A program made the translations under genes and the position numbers. Below the pieces are notes generated by a model that saw only the letters and a list, made by a program, of their open reading frames with translations, did not search any database and had not been told where the DNA came from. DNA of 64,000 nucleotides from a virus (lineage: Duplodnaviria; Caudoviricetes). This document shows positions 44,939-53,270 of this stretch, piece by piece. The stretch lies in IMG/VR virus record IMGVR_UViG_3300048881_000548, positions 7,103 through 71,102 of that record. One strand, written 5' to 3'. Within the stretch, counting starts at the first letter, position 1. Each line of letters opens with the position of its first letter.

Positions 44939-46309
44939 TTAGTCCTCCCGACGACGGCGCGGGCGGTCGTCGTCATCGCCTTCACGGCGTCGGCGCATCT
45001 CCCCGAGCTTGTCATCGTCGTCATCGCGGCTGCGACGCGGACGATCGTCGTCGTCCTTCACGCGTTCGCGGCGCTCGCTCTTGGTCAGCTTCATTTCCTC
45101 GCAGATCCAGTCAGCGAGATCCTCGGTGTCCTTGGCATCCTTGGGATTGATGTCGAGCTTCTCCTCGTCGATGAGATCCTCGAGTTCCGACTTGGTCATC
45201 TCGTGCACGCTCTCCCAGGTGGGTGCCACCGGGTCGTCGTTGCGGCTGCGCGAGCCACGATCGTCGCCACGCCCACGGCCTCGGGGCGCATCGTCGTCAT
45301 CGCGTTCTGGGCGCCGGCTGCTGCGACTGCCGCGGTCCTCGTCGTCATCGCGGCTGCGACGCGGACGATCGTCGTCTCGGTCGCGGCTGGGACGAGCGCC
45401 GCCCTTGATGCCAAAGCTCTTGGCAATGTCTTCATAGCTGTAGACAACGACTTGATCGGGCAGCGGATTGTCCATGGCGAAGTCGAGCCACTCTTCCTTG
45501 CCAAGGGGGCTTTCGCGCCTGGCCACGGCCACGCCCTCGTACTTGGTCTTCAGGCCCGTGCCGTTTTTCTCGAACTCGACGTCATAGCCGTCTTCGGGAT
45601 GGTCGATCTCCAGCAACTGGCCGCTCGACTTGTCCTGGCTGACCTTGATGATGTCGTTGTCGAGCGTCCAGGGCATCGACCATGCCTGGACGCCTTCCTT
45701 CGGCTTGTCGCGATCCACGACGTAAACCAGCGTGCGGCGCTTGGGCTCCAAGCTCTTGGCGTACTCGTCCTCGCCTTCGTCGCGGGCTATTGCCCGCTCT
45801 TCGCAGATCGGACAAGGGTCGCCCTTCATCTTGGCGGGGCAGAGGTAGTTTTGCTTGTCGGCGCCTATGCCGTAGTGCACGTAGATGTCGTAGCCGTAAT
45901 GCTCGGCGCCCTTCCACGTAGGTGGCAGGATGCGCACCCGGTTGTCGCCGTCGTTGACCTTGAAGGCCTTGATGTGCGACGCCAAGTACTTGTCGAAGTC
46001 GGTGTTGCCGCGCTGGCTGCGGCGCTTCGTGGCATCGGGGTCACGGCTCTCGTAGCGGTAGTTGCCACCTGCGCCCGACGAGCGGACCCGCGAACCGCGG
46101 TCCTCGTCGTCATCGCGGCCACGGCGTCCACCACGATCGTCGTCATCGCGATCACGCCCACGACGTGGACGATCGTCATCGTCTTCCCGGCTGCGCGAGC
46201 GACCACGCGGAGCATCGTCGTCTTCCCGCGAGGAGCGGCGGCGGGGTTCGTCTTCTTCACGGGACCGGCGCGATCCCCGGTCGTCATCGCGTTCGCTGTA
46301 GCGGCTCAT
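44939..46309 (-). CDS. Single-stranded DNA-binding protein (T4 gp32-like core) with Arg/Asp mixed-charge tails
   Basis: NRVRILP, H...C...CPICE Zn motif and P..GYD...K.G.G..T.Y; long RD-rich termini. Confidence 0.8.
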   Translation of the reverse strand: MSRYSERDDDRGSRRSREEDEPRRRSSREDDDAPRGRSRSREDDDDRPRRGRDRDDDDRGGRRGRDDDEDRGSRVRSSGAGGNYRYESRDPDATKRRSQRGNTDFDKYLASHIKAFKVNDGDNRVRILPPTWKGAEHYGYDIYVHYGIGADKQNYLCPAKMKGDPCPICEERAIARDEGEDEYAKSLEPKRRTLVYVVDRDKPKEGVQAWSMPWTLDNDIIKVSQDKSSGQLLEIDHPEDGYDVEFEKNGTGLKTKYEGVAVARRESPLGKEEWLDFAMDNPLPDQVVVYSYEDIAKSFGIKGGARPSRDRDDDRPRRSRDDDEDRGSRSSRRPERDDDDAPRGRGRGDDRGSRSRNDDPVAPTWESVHEMTKSELEDLIDEEKLDINPKDAKDTEDLADWICEEMKLTKSERRERVKDDDDRPRRSRDDDDDKLGEMRRRREGDDDDRPRRRRED

Positions 46310-46440
46310 TGCTGTTTCCTTTTCATTCGGGTTTCGTACTCGTGCTTGGAGGCAAAATAGGCGGCGCTGCACAGACGCACGCCTAGGTAAAGTGCGCCCA
46401 GGCCCAGAAGGCCATAGGCGCAGAACTCAAGAAAGGCCAT
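46306..46440 (-). CDS. 44-aa membrane peptide
   Basis: GGAGG RBS; TM helix; ATGA coupling to the SSB gene; translated by hand. Confidence 0.55.
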   Translation of the reverse strand: MAFLEFCAYGLLGLGALYLGVRLCSAAYFASKHEYETRMKRKQQ

Positions 46441-46962
46441 TCAGTCCTCCCGGCGCCGCGCGCGGACTGGGGTGTCGGTGGGCTGGGCTTCTTCGACGGA
46501 GTCGCGGGCGCGGCGGGCGATGCGGTCCTCGCGCTGCTCATTGCGCCGATCCTGCGGGCTTCTCGCGGGCGCCGAGCGCAGGCTGAAGTACTGGGCGCCA
46601 TAGAGGTCGGCAAGGGTCTTGATGCTATAGCCCCGCTGACGCCAGGCTTCCAGCAGATTCGACCACTCCTCGTGCTGGGCCCTTGCGCTCTGGAAAGCCT
46701 CCCAGGCGCTCATGCGCGTGGGATCCCGCGCCACCTTGGCGGCGCGCAGCTCGACGGTGAGCTTGGGCTCGTCCTCGCGCAGCTCCTCGGCGAGCCGCCC
46801 CTCCACGCGGGCAAGCTTGTCCTTGGCGGCAAGCATGGCCGAGTTTAGGGCCACGACCTCCCGCGAGATCCGCTCTTGGACGTCCGCCTGGGCTTCCAGC
46901 TCGTCGTCGAGGCGATGCTTGTTCACCACAAGCATCGCCCGGTATTGCTGAATCGTTGGCAT
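46441..46962 (-). CDS. UvsY-like recombination mediator (tentative)
   Basis: Helical; LDDEL..Q...EAW.QR.Y.IK.L pattern; located with recA and SSB. Confidence 0.55.
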   Translation of the reverse strand: MPTIQQYRAMLVVNKHRLDDELEAQADVQERISREVVALNSAMLAAKDKLARVEGRLAEELREDEPKLTVELRAAKVARDPTRMSAWEAFQSARAQHEEWSNLLEAWRQRGYSIKTLADLYGAQYFSLRSAPARSPQDRRNEQREDRIARRARDSVEEAQPTDTPVRARRRED

Positions 46963-46977
46963 AGTGCTCCTTTCGGC

Positions 46978-46988
46978 TTAGCTATACG
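46978..46988 (-). promoter_or_regulatory. GTATAnnT candidate phage promoter (CGTATAGCTAA)
   Basis: Intergenic, just before the AAGGAG RBS. Confidence 0.5.
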
Positions 46989-46989
46989 C

Positions 46990-47973
46990 CTAGTCGTAGA
47001 GCAGCCTGCCGCAGGCCAAGAGAATGGGCCCCATCTTGTCCGTGGGGTTGCATGGCTTGCTGAAGGCCTGTAGGACGTCCAAGAGCCTCGGCACGTCCTT
47101 GAGGTTCTTCGGCTTCAGGAGGACGGCGGCAACGTAATTCGTCACCATGATGCGGATACTCTCGGGCTGCGCGTCTTCGATTCCGGCGAGCAGCTCGACG
47201 ACGTCGGTCCAGCTCGGGCGGCCCCAGCACAGCAGCTTGCAAAGCTCGAAGACCTCGGGGCTTTCAAGGGCGCTCTGCAGGAGATCGGCGGCCTCCTTCT
47301 CGTCATCGCAGTCGTGCACCTTGGCGAGCATCGTGAGGGCGCCCCGCATGCTGCCTTCGCAGGAGTCGGCCACGAGGCCCAGGATCTTGTCGTGGGTCTT
47401 GTAGCCCTCGCCATCACACACGGCTTCCAGCACGTCGAGAATCGTATCCCGCTTGAGCGCCGCCAGGCTGTAGGCGCTGCAGCGCGTGACGATGGCTTTG
47501 GGCACCTTGCCGGCTTCCGTCGTGCAGAAGAAGAAATAGACGTGCGGCGGCGGCTCCTCGGTGATCTTGAGCAGGGCATCCCACGCGTTCTTGCTCAGGC
47601 GGTGGCACTCGTCGATGATGACGGCCTTGCTCGGGTTGTCGCCGAATCCGTTGTAGCGCAGGCTCGACGTGAGATTGCGCACGTCATCGACGCCGCTCTC
47701 ACTGGCGGCATCCACCTCGATGAGGTTGGCGGCATCACAGCCGCAGGCCGTGGCGATGATGCGGGCAAGCGTTGTCTTGCCCGTACCGGCGCCGCCGCTG
47801 AAGAGGTAGACGTGCGGCCTGGCTTTGCTCTTGAGGGCGGCCTCGATGCTTTTGACGATGGCCTTCTGCCCCACTACCTCGGAGAGCTTGCGCGGGCGGT
47901 ACTTGACGTGGATGGGCTCACTCGTTGCCACGGTAAGAGCTGACGAATCGGGCTCGAGTTTCTCTCTTGGCAT
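46990..47973 (-). CDS. Clamp loader AAA+ ATPase (DnaX gamma/tau-like)
   Basis: KYRP, GGAGTGKTT, EVDAAS, IIDECH, LLKITEEPP and TRC. Confidence 0.92.
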   Translation of the reverse strand: MPREKLEPDSSALTVATSEPIHVKYRPRKLSEVVGQKAIVKSIEAALKSKARPHVYLFSGGAGTGKTTLARIIATACGCDAANLIEVDAASESGVDDVRNLTSSLRYNGFGDNPSKAVIIDECHRLSKNAWDALLKITEEPPPHVYFFFCTTEAGKVPKAIVTRCSAYSLAALKRDTILDVLEAVCDGEGYKTHDKILGLVADSCEGSMRGALTMLAKVHDCDDEKEAADLLQSALESPEVFELCKLLCWGRPSWTDVVELLAGIEDAQPESIRIMVTNYVAAVLLKPKNLKDVPRLLDVLQAFSKPCNPTDKMGPILLACGRLLYD

Positions 47974-48178
47974 TCTTCTTCCTTTCGGCCCTGACGTGGG
48001 CATTGTGGTTTCTCGTAATGGTTCGGCAGTGCTCCAGCATCTTGTGTGAGCGGTCGGCGGTGAGGAGCACTACGCGTCGACTCGACTTCTCGATGATGGG
48101 GATTGCCGTCGTGCACTTGGCGACGAGGTCCCAGTCCTTGCGGAGCGGCACCTCCCAGAGGGCTAGTTGCTTGGGCAT
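47918..48178 (-). CDS. Hypothetical protein
   Basis: Fills the gap between polymerase and clamp loader. Confidence 0.5.
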   Translation of the reverse strand: MPKQLALWEVPLRKDWDLVAKCTTAIPIIEKSSRRVVLLTADRSHKMLEHCRTITRNHNAHVRAERKKNAKRETRARFVSSYRGNE

Positions 48179-48181
48179 GTC

Positions 48182-50812
48182 TCAGCGGGCCGCAGCGCGG
48201 CGCAGCTCCTTCTCGTAGGGGTTGGGGATATTGAACAGCTCGTGGCTCTTGTAGACCTTGATCTCCTCCAGCTCATGCCAACGCGGCCCCGTCGAAGCTT
48301 CGACGAGTAGCGGCACGTTGATGTAGTCGAATCGTGGCTTGCACATCTCCTTCGCAATGGCGTCGATGCGCTGCAGGTGGTCGGCCTTCGGCAGGATAAA
48401 GGTCAGGTCGTCATGCACGTTCAGCTCTGGCTGCTTGTAAGGATCGTCCTCCACAACCGCCTGCTCGCTGAGCACGCACATGGCCTCCCCGACGATGTCG
48501 AAGGCCGTGCCCTGGATGGGATGGTTGATGATCTGGTTCTTCGTCATGGGACCGCGGCGCTTGCGGCCACTGAGCGTCTCCACGTAGAGCGTCTTGGCGT
48601 AGCGCTCCATGAGGCGCTCCTGCCACTTCTTCACGACGCGGAACTCATCCCAGAACTCGGCGGCGAGATCCTCAGCGATGTCCTCGGGAAGATGGAGCTG
48701 CTCGGCGCAAGAACGCACGGAGGAGCCAAACAGCTGGGGGAACACCCAACCATTCTTGGCTTCTTGGCGCAGCGTCTTCAAGCCCTTCTCATCCCAATCG
48801 ACTTCAAAGGCTTCCACGATGTAGTCCTTGATCTCCGGGTAGAGGTCGACCATGCGCTGCGCCCAGAACTTGTGAACGTCGTAGCCCGTCCAGCAAGCTT
48901 TGACCAGCGCCGGGTCTTCACTTGCCATGCCGACTACGCGAAACTCGATCTGCCCGTAGTCGAGCGCCGCCATGATGTGGCCGTCCGGCGCATAGATCAT
49001 GCCCCGCACTTCCTTGTGCTTGCGCTTGGGGAAATTCTGGACGTTGGGGTCTTCACTGGCGAGCCGCCCCGTCTCGGCCACCATGGAGCTGTACTTGCTG
49101 CGGATCTTGCCGTCGGGGCAGACGATGCGGCGCTCCAGCACAGGCTCTATATAGGTGCCCTTGAGCTTCGAGGCACTGCGATGCGCCAGAATCAGCCCAG
49201 CACTCGGCACTTCGCTGGATGGCATCTTGGTGAGCGCTTCTTCGTCCGTCGTCATGCGGTAGCCCTCGCGGCCCCGCTCTTCCACGCGGACCTCGGGACG
49301 CCCCAGGATCTTGTCCATGACGTAGAGCACGTGGTCGGGGTTGCTTGCCTGGAAGGTTCCCTTGCGCTCCATGAAGCGCTGGATCTCCGGCGTGCGCCGC
49401 AGCTTGGCCTCGATCTTGTCGATGTCGTTCTCAAGCTTGTCGGCCATGGCCTCGGCATACTTGAAGTCGACCGGCAAGCCCTTGGCCTCGGTGGCGATGA
49501 GCGCAGGGGCGAGGCGCACCTTGCGGTCGTACTCGTAGCGATTCTCGGCGTTGACGAGCGGCTCCAGATGCTCGCGCAGCTTGTCCGTCCACTTCGTGTC
49601 CAGGCCGTTGTAGCGCAGCGTCTGCTTAATCGGGTATTCGAGCATGCGCCGAACGTCGATGTTGCTGAGCTTCTTCACATCGAAGCCGAAGTGCATGAGC
49701 GTTTGCACGCCCAGGCCCTTCGTGCCGCCGCGCTCGTCGAGCGTGTGCGCCATCGCCATCGTGTCATCCCACTCCGTGAGCCAGAGCACGTCAGGCCCGT
49801 AGAAGAAGTGGAGCCACTCGAGTTCCATAGCCAGGTTATGCGCGGCCTTGCGCCCGCTGAACATGATGTATTCGCCGAAGAGCTGTCGCACCTTGTTGCG
49901 CCGCGCATCCGTGCCCCAGCCGTCGGGATGATCGATGGCGAAGGCCACCGTGCGGTCGAAGGTGCCCACGGCCGCCATATACATCAAGGGCTTCTTGACG
50001 AAGAAGGGCCGCAAGCCGCTAGTTTCCAAGTCCAGGGCCGAATTGCGTTTGCCCGCGAGATCGGCGAGGGCCCGCTCCAGGCGCCCCATGTCTCCCTGCT
50101 CGTTGCCCGTGATGAGTTCGATGCCGCCATCGTAGGGTGCCCGGTAGACCTTGGCTGGCTTGCGCTCGCCCTGCTGCACGTCCTCGGCAAGCCTGAGCGC
50201 CTTGGCGACGTCGAACTCGATGGCCAGCTCATACTCGCTCTTGCCAAACTGCTTCTTCTTGAAAACGAAGTTCGGGTAGAGGATCGGCACGCAGTAGCAA
50301 ACGTGCTTGCCCACCTGGACCTGGAACACGGATCCGCGGTGGGGCATGGCATTGGAGGTTGAGCCCGTGACCCACTTGAAGGGGGCATCGCCGATCGTCA
50401 CGATGACGACGGGCTTAGTGGCCTCGATATCGGCAACGATGCGGGGGCGGCAGCACTCAATCTCCTTGAGGGTCTGCTCGCCCCTGCATTGCGTGATGAA
50501 GTTCGAGCGCACATCGGCGCGCATGATCTTCTTGCCGAACTTCGAGTAGATGAGATCCCCGGCCTTATCGGTCCAATGGTTGTTGTCCTCGTCCTCTTCC
50601 TCGCTGGGGGCGGAGCCGAGGAGGTAGATCAGCGGGCTCTTGGCGCCGCTGGGCTCCATCTTGGGCGACTTCAGGTCGGGGTTGTCGTTGTGCTGGCAGA
50701 CGGAGCAGCCAAGCTGCTGCAGGCTCGCGATGGGGATGACGGCGGCTGCCTTCTTCCCGCTCGCGGCCTTCGGCTTCTTGGTGGTCTTCGTCTCGTTGTA
50801 GAAGAACGACAC
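48182..50812 (-). CDS. polA: Family A DNA polymerase with N-terminal UDG-like domain and 3'-5' exonuclease
   Basis: C..C...C...CC UDG4-like domain; DLETSG, HN..E and YNGLD exonuclease motifs; TGRLAS..PN.QN, DYGQIE, NHPIQGTA and VHDDL. Confidence 0.95.
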   Translation of the reverse strand: MSFFYNETKTTKKPKAASGKKAAAVIPIASLQQLGCSVCQHNDNPDLKSPKMEPSGAKSPLIYLLGSAPSEEEDEDNNHWTDKAGDLIYSKFGKKIMRADVRSNFITQCRGEQTLKEIECCRPRIVADIEATKPVVIVTIGDAPFKWVTGSTSNAMPHRGSVFQVQVGKHVCYCVPILYPNFVFKKKQFGKSEYELAIEFDVAKALRLAEDVQQGERKPAKVYRAPYDGGIELITGNEQGDMGRLERALADLAGKRNSALDLETSGLRPFFVKKPLMYMAAVGTFDRTVAFAIDHPDGWGTDARRNKVRQLFGEYIMFSGRKAAHNLAMELEWLHFFYGPDVLWLTEWDDTMAMAHTLDERGGTKGLGVQTLMHFGFDVKKLSNIDVRRMLEYPIKQTLRYNGLDTKWTDKLREHLEPLVNAENRYEYDRKVRLAPALIATEAKGLPVDFKYAEAMADKLENDIDKIEAKLRRTPEIQRFMERKGTFQASNPDHVLYVMDKILGRPEVRVEERGREGYRMTTDEEALTKMPSSEVPSAGLILAHRSASKLKGTYIEPVLERRIVCPDGKIRSKYSSMVAETGRLASEDPNVQNFPKRKHKEVRGMIYAPDGHIMAALDYGQIEFRVVGMASEDPALVKACWTGYDVHKFWAQRMVDLYPEIKDYIVEAFEVDWDEKGLKTLRQEAKNGWVFPQLFGSSVRSCAEQLHLPEDIAEDLAAEFWDEFRVVKKWQERLMERYAKTLYVETLSGRKRRGPMTKNQIINHPIQGTAFDIVGEAMCVLSEQAVVEDDPYKQPELNVHDDLTFILPKADHLQRIDAIAKEMCKPRFDYINVPLLVEASTGPRWHELEEIKVYKSHELFNIPNPYEKELRRAAAR

Positions 50813-50815
50813 GGC

Positions 50816-51910
50816 TTACTTGCTGCAGTGGGCAATGATGTGGGTGAAGGCGAGATCCTTGTCGGCGAGGATCACCACGCGTTTCGTGAAGCCCATCATG
50901 GCGCAGGCCTTGGAGGCGCGGATGATGAGCCCAGGATCCACGTGGAAGGGCTCATCGGGATCGTCCTCAGCGCCCTCGTATTTCATCTCGTCGTCGGCCT
51001 CGCCCATGGGGGACTTCGACAGGAGCTGGATGCGATCCTTGCCCAGCGTGACCTCCACGGCCTTGTCGTCTTCGCTGCCCAGCACCAGCATGGCGCGGGC
51101 AAAGGCCGACTCCCAGGCATCGGGGATGGGGAAGAGCTGGTCCTTGAGGCCCTTGAGCTTGACGTGCTTGCCCATCATCGTCGGGAAGTCGAGGGGCTCC
51201 AGGTCTACTGGCGTCTTACTAAAAAGCTCGGCAGCCTCGCCGAAGGTGGCGAAGAGCGCGCCACCCAGCAGGAAGAGGTCAATCTTTTCTTCGGGGAAGG
51301 CCCGCGACAGGCTGACGAGCTGCTCGCAGAAGAAGCGCGGCAGGATCACCGGCGTATCGCCAGGCAGCCGCACCTCGGTCTTCGTCTGGTAGCGGCTGAT
51401 GGTGAAGTTGTCGGTGCTGAAGAGAAGAGCGTCGCCGTTGTCGTCGCTATCCAGCGTCACGCCCATCTGCGCGGGGTGCGTGGGGTCGTTGTTGACGCTC
51501 ATGAGGCACCGCTCGATACCCTTGAGGATGCCCGCGTCGATGCGGATAGGGGCATCCGTCTTGGCGTTGACTTCGGGCGGCTGGTAGGGGAAGGCCTTGA
51601 GTTCGAGCGTGGGCAGCTTGACCTTGGCCCCCCGGCCGCTGGAGAGCACGAGTTCTTGGTTGGTGCCGGTCTGCATGGAAATTTCATCGCCGCCAAAGCT
51701 GCCGAGGCCTCGGATGAGCAGGTCACCGGGAACGCAGCGCCCGACGTCGGCCTTGCAGCGCACGGAGATCGCCGAGATGTCGTTGTATGCCGTGGCATAG
51801 TCGCCGTCGAAGTGGATGTGCGTCAGCGCCGGGATATAGGCAGCCGTGGCAAGGGCGGGGCGCACGATGTTGGCGGTCTTCAGCAGGGTTTCGCGTTTGA
51901 TAGTCGGCAT
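50816..51910 (-). CDS. Sliding clamp (DNA Pol III beta-like)
   Basis: 364 aa; IPALTHI, ATAYN, STD...SRY and DFP motifs; adjacent to polymerase and near the clamp loader. Confidence 0.75.
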   Translation of the reverse strand: MPTIKRETLLKTANIVRPALATAAYIPALTHIHFDGDYATAYNDISAISVRCKADVGRCVPGDLLIRGLGSFGGDEISMQTGTNQELVLSSGRGAKVKLPTLELKAFPYQPPEVNAKTDAPIRIDAGILKGIERCLMSVNNDPTHPAQMGVTLDSDDNGDALLFSTDNFTISRYQTKTEVRLPGDTPVILPRFFCEQLVSLSRAFPEEKIDLFLLGGALFATFGEAAELFSKTPVDLEPLDFPTMMGKHVKLKGLKDQLFPIPDAWESAFARAMLVLGSEDDKAVEVTLGKDRIQLLSKSPMGEADDEMKYEGAEDDPDEPFHVDPGLIIRASKACAMMGFTKRVVILADKDLAFTHIIAHCSK

Positions 51911-51919
51911 GGCTTGCTT

Positions 51920-52330
51920 TCAGTTGTAGGCGGATTCGAGATAACGCAGGGCCGGATCCAGGCCATCGACGATGATGGTGGCGTGGTACTGCAGCCAGAG
52001 GCTCAGCTCGTGCTTGGGCTGCAGGCTGGCGTTGACAACCACGATGGGTTTGTGCTGCTCCCAGGCGAAGAGGATCTCCATGGACGTGCCCACGCTGGGC
52101 ATGGCGTAATAGACGAGGAGCGCCGAGGCTTCGAGAATGTCCGCCTTGTCGGCTTCCACGATCTCGGTGGCGATGCCCGGCTGATTCATGCGACCGCGGG
52201 CATCACGGCGCATGGGATCCAGCACGGCATGCTCGCCCCAGTTGCGCGTCACGTATTGGCGCCAGTTGTTGCACTCGGCGTCGCTGAGGCCATGGATGGG
52301 CCCGCAGAGATAGAGCTTGTTGATCTTCAC
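51920..52330 (-). CDS. Nucleoside 2-deoxyribosyltransferase/dNMP N-glycosidase family protein
   Basis: LYLCGPI, WR, LDPMR, IVEADK.DI and SVGTSMEI nucleophile. Confidence 0.85.
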   Translation of the reverse strand: MKINKLYLCGPIHGLSDAECNNWRQYVTRNWGEHAVLDPMRRDARGRMNQPGIATEIVEADKADILEASALLVYYAMPSVGTSMEILFAWEQHKPIVVVNASLQPKHELSLWLQYHATIIVDGLDPALRYLESAYN

Positions 52331-52506
52331 TTGTTTTCCTTTGCTGGTGGAATGATGCTTTGCGGACTGCGTTTGGCGTGGCTTTGCGGATCCACGTAGA
52401 AGAAGAATGAGACGAGGATGTGTGGGAAGACGTGAGCCCCCAGCGTGTAGCCGTTGGCGGTGCTCGCGATGTGGCTTGCGTCAAGCCCGGCCAGAAAGAT
52501 TTTCAT
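52327..52506 (-). CDS. 59-aa micro-ORF resembling the N-terminal beta-alpha-beta module of DpdA/TGT-like proteins
   Basis: MKIFLAG...HILVSFFFY; GTGA coupling to the next gene. Confidence 0.55.
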   Translation of the reverse strand: MKIFLAGLDASHIASTANGYTLGAHVFPHILVSFFFYVDPQSHAKRSPQSIIPPAKENK

Positions 52507-52765
52507 CGTCTTCTTCTCGTAGAAGCTCGCGGTGGCTCGCCTTGACGTTGAGGAGCCCAGCCAATTCTTCGACGGCGCGGGCATCGCGGTTGATGATGGG
52601 CTGGTAAGGGCCTGGGGGCACAGAGATTGCCATCTCCTGCCGCTGGCTCTTGACGTATTCGACGAAGCTGACGAGCACTCGGTCGGCATCAGCGGCCCGC
52701 ACAGCAGCGCCCCAGCCACTGGCATGCCACGAGGGTGCCGCCCCGACGACTAGAAAGACTTTCAC
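52481..52765 (-). CDS. 94-aa ORF with the same module
   Basis: MKVFLVVG...RVLVSFVEY; GTG start overlaps the upstream TGA. Confidence 0.55.
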   Translation of the reverse strand: MKVFLVVGAAPSWHASGWGAAVRAADADRVLVSFVEYVKSQRQEMAISVPPGPYQPIINRDARAVEELAGLLNVKASHRELLREEDDENLSGRA

Positions 52766-53259
52766 TTGATTACGGCCCCTGTGATTCTGCTGTAGTGCGT
52801 CTCGGGGATGGGTGTCCTCAGCATTGCCGCCCATCTAGCGCTATGGCGCTTGTCTAGGACCTTGAGCTTTCGGATCAGCCGCACGCGGCGGTCGACGCTG
52901 GCCTCGTTCATGATGGAATCCATGAGCAGCCGCACGTGCTCTTGCGCAGCGCGCGGCCAAAGGCGGGTGTCAGGTGCCAACAGGACTTGGTCAGCCACGT
53001 CGCTGGGCAAACTCTTGAGGGCCTTGCGGCTGGCTGCCATGCTGTCGACGAGATGCTTGGGCAGCACTGGAGGCGGTGGGAGCCGCAGATTTATCTTCAC
53101 GGTGACCGGCCTGCGGACAGGCTGCTTTGCTGCGTCGTGAGCAGCCCAATAGGCCTTGGCCTGCCACGACGTGGCATCGCGCGGGAAAGGGGCCTTCTCG
53201 GCCCCATTACGGGCGTGCATGGCCCCCAGCTCTGCGTACTCTTCCTTCGTCTTTGCCAT
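52762..53259 (-). CDS. Hypothetical basic protein
   Basis: RBS AAGGAG; SWQAKAY motif. Confidence 0.7.
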   Translation of the reverse strand: MAKTKEEYAELGAMHARNGAEKAPFPRDATSWQAKAYWAAHDAAKQPVRRPVTVKINLRLPPPPVLPKHLVDSMAASRKALKSLPSDVADQVLLAPDTRLWPRAAQEHVRLLMDSIMNEASVDRRVRLIRKLKVLDKRHSARWAAMLRTPIPETHYSRITGAVIK

Positions 53260-53270
53260 GATGGTCTCCT

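Noticed and set aside
48377-50362. Long antisense ORFs (also 50489-52399, 54786-56774, 59279-61123, 12331-13653, 21700-23049)
   Set aside because: These are shadows of real genes on the opposite strand caused by high GC3 codon bias. They have no motifs or RBS.
48182-50812. Intein or intron in polymerase, helicases or terminase
   Set aside because: Lengths are accounted for by the expected domains, with no splicing motifs or frame breaks.
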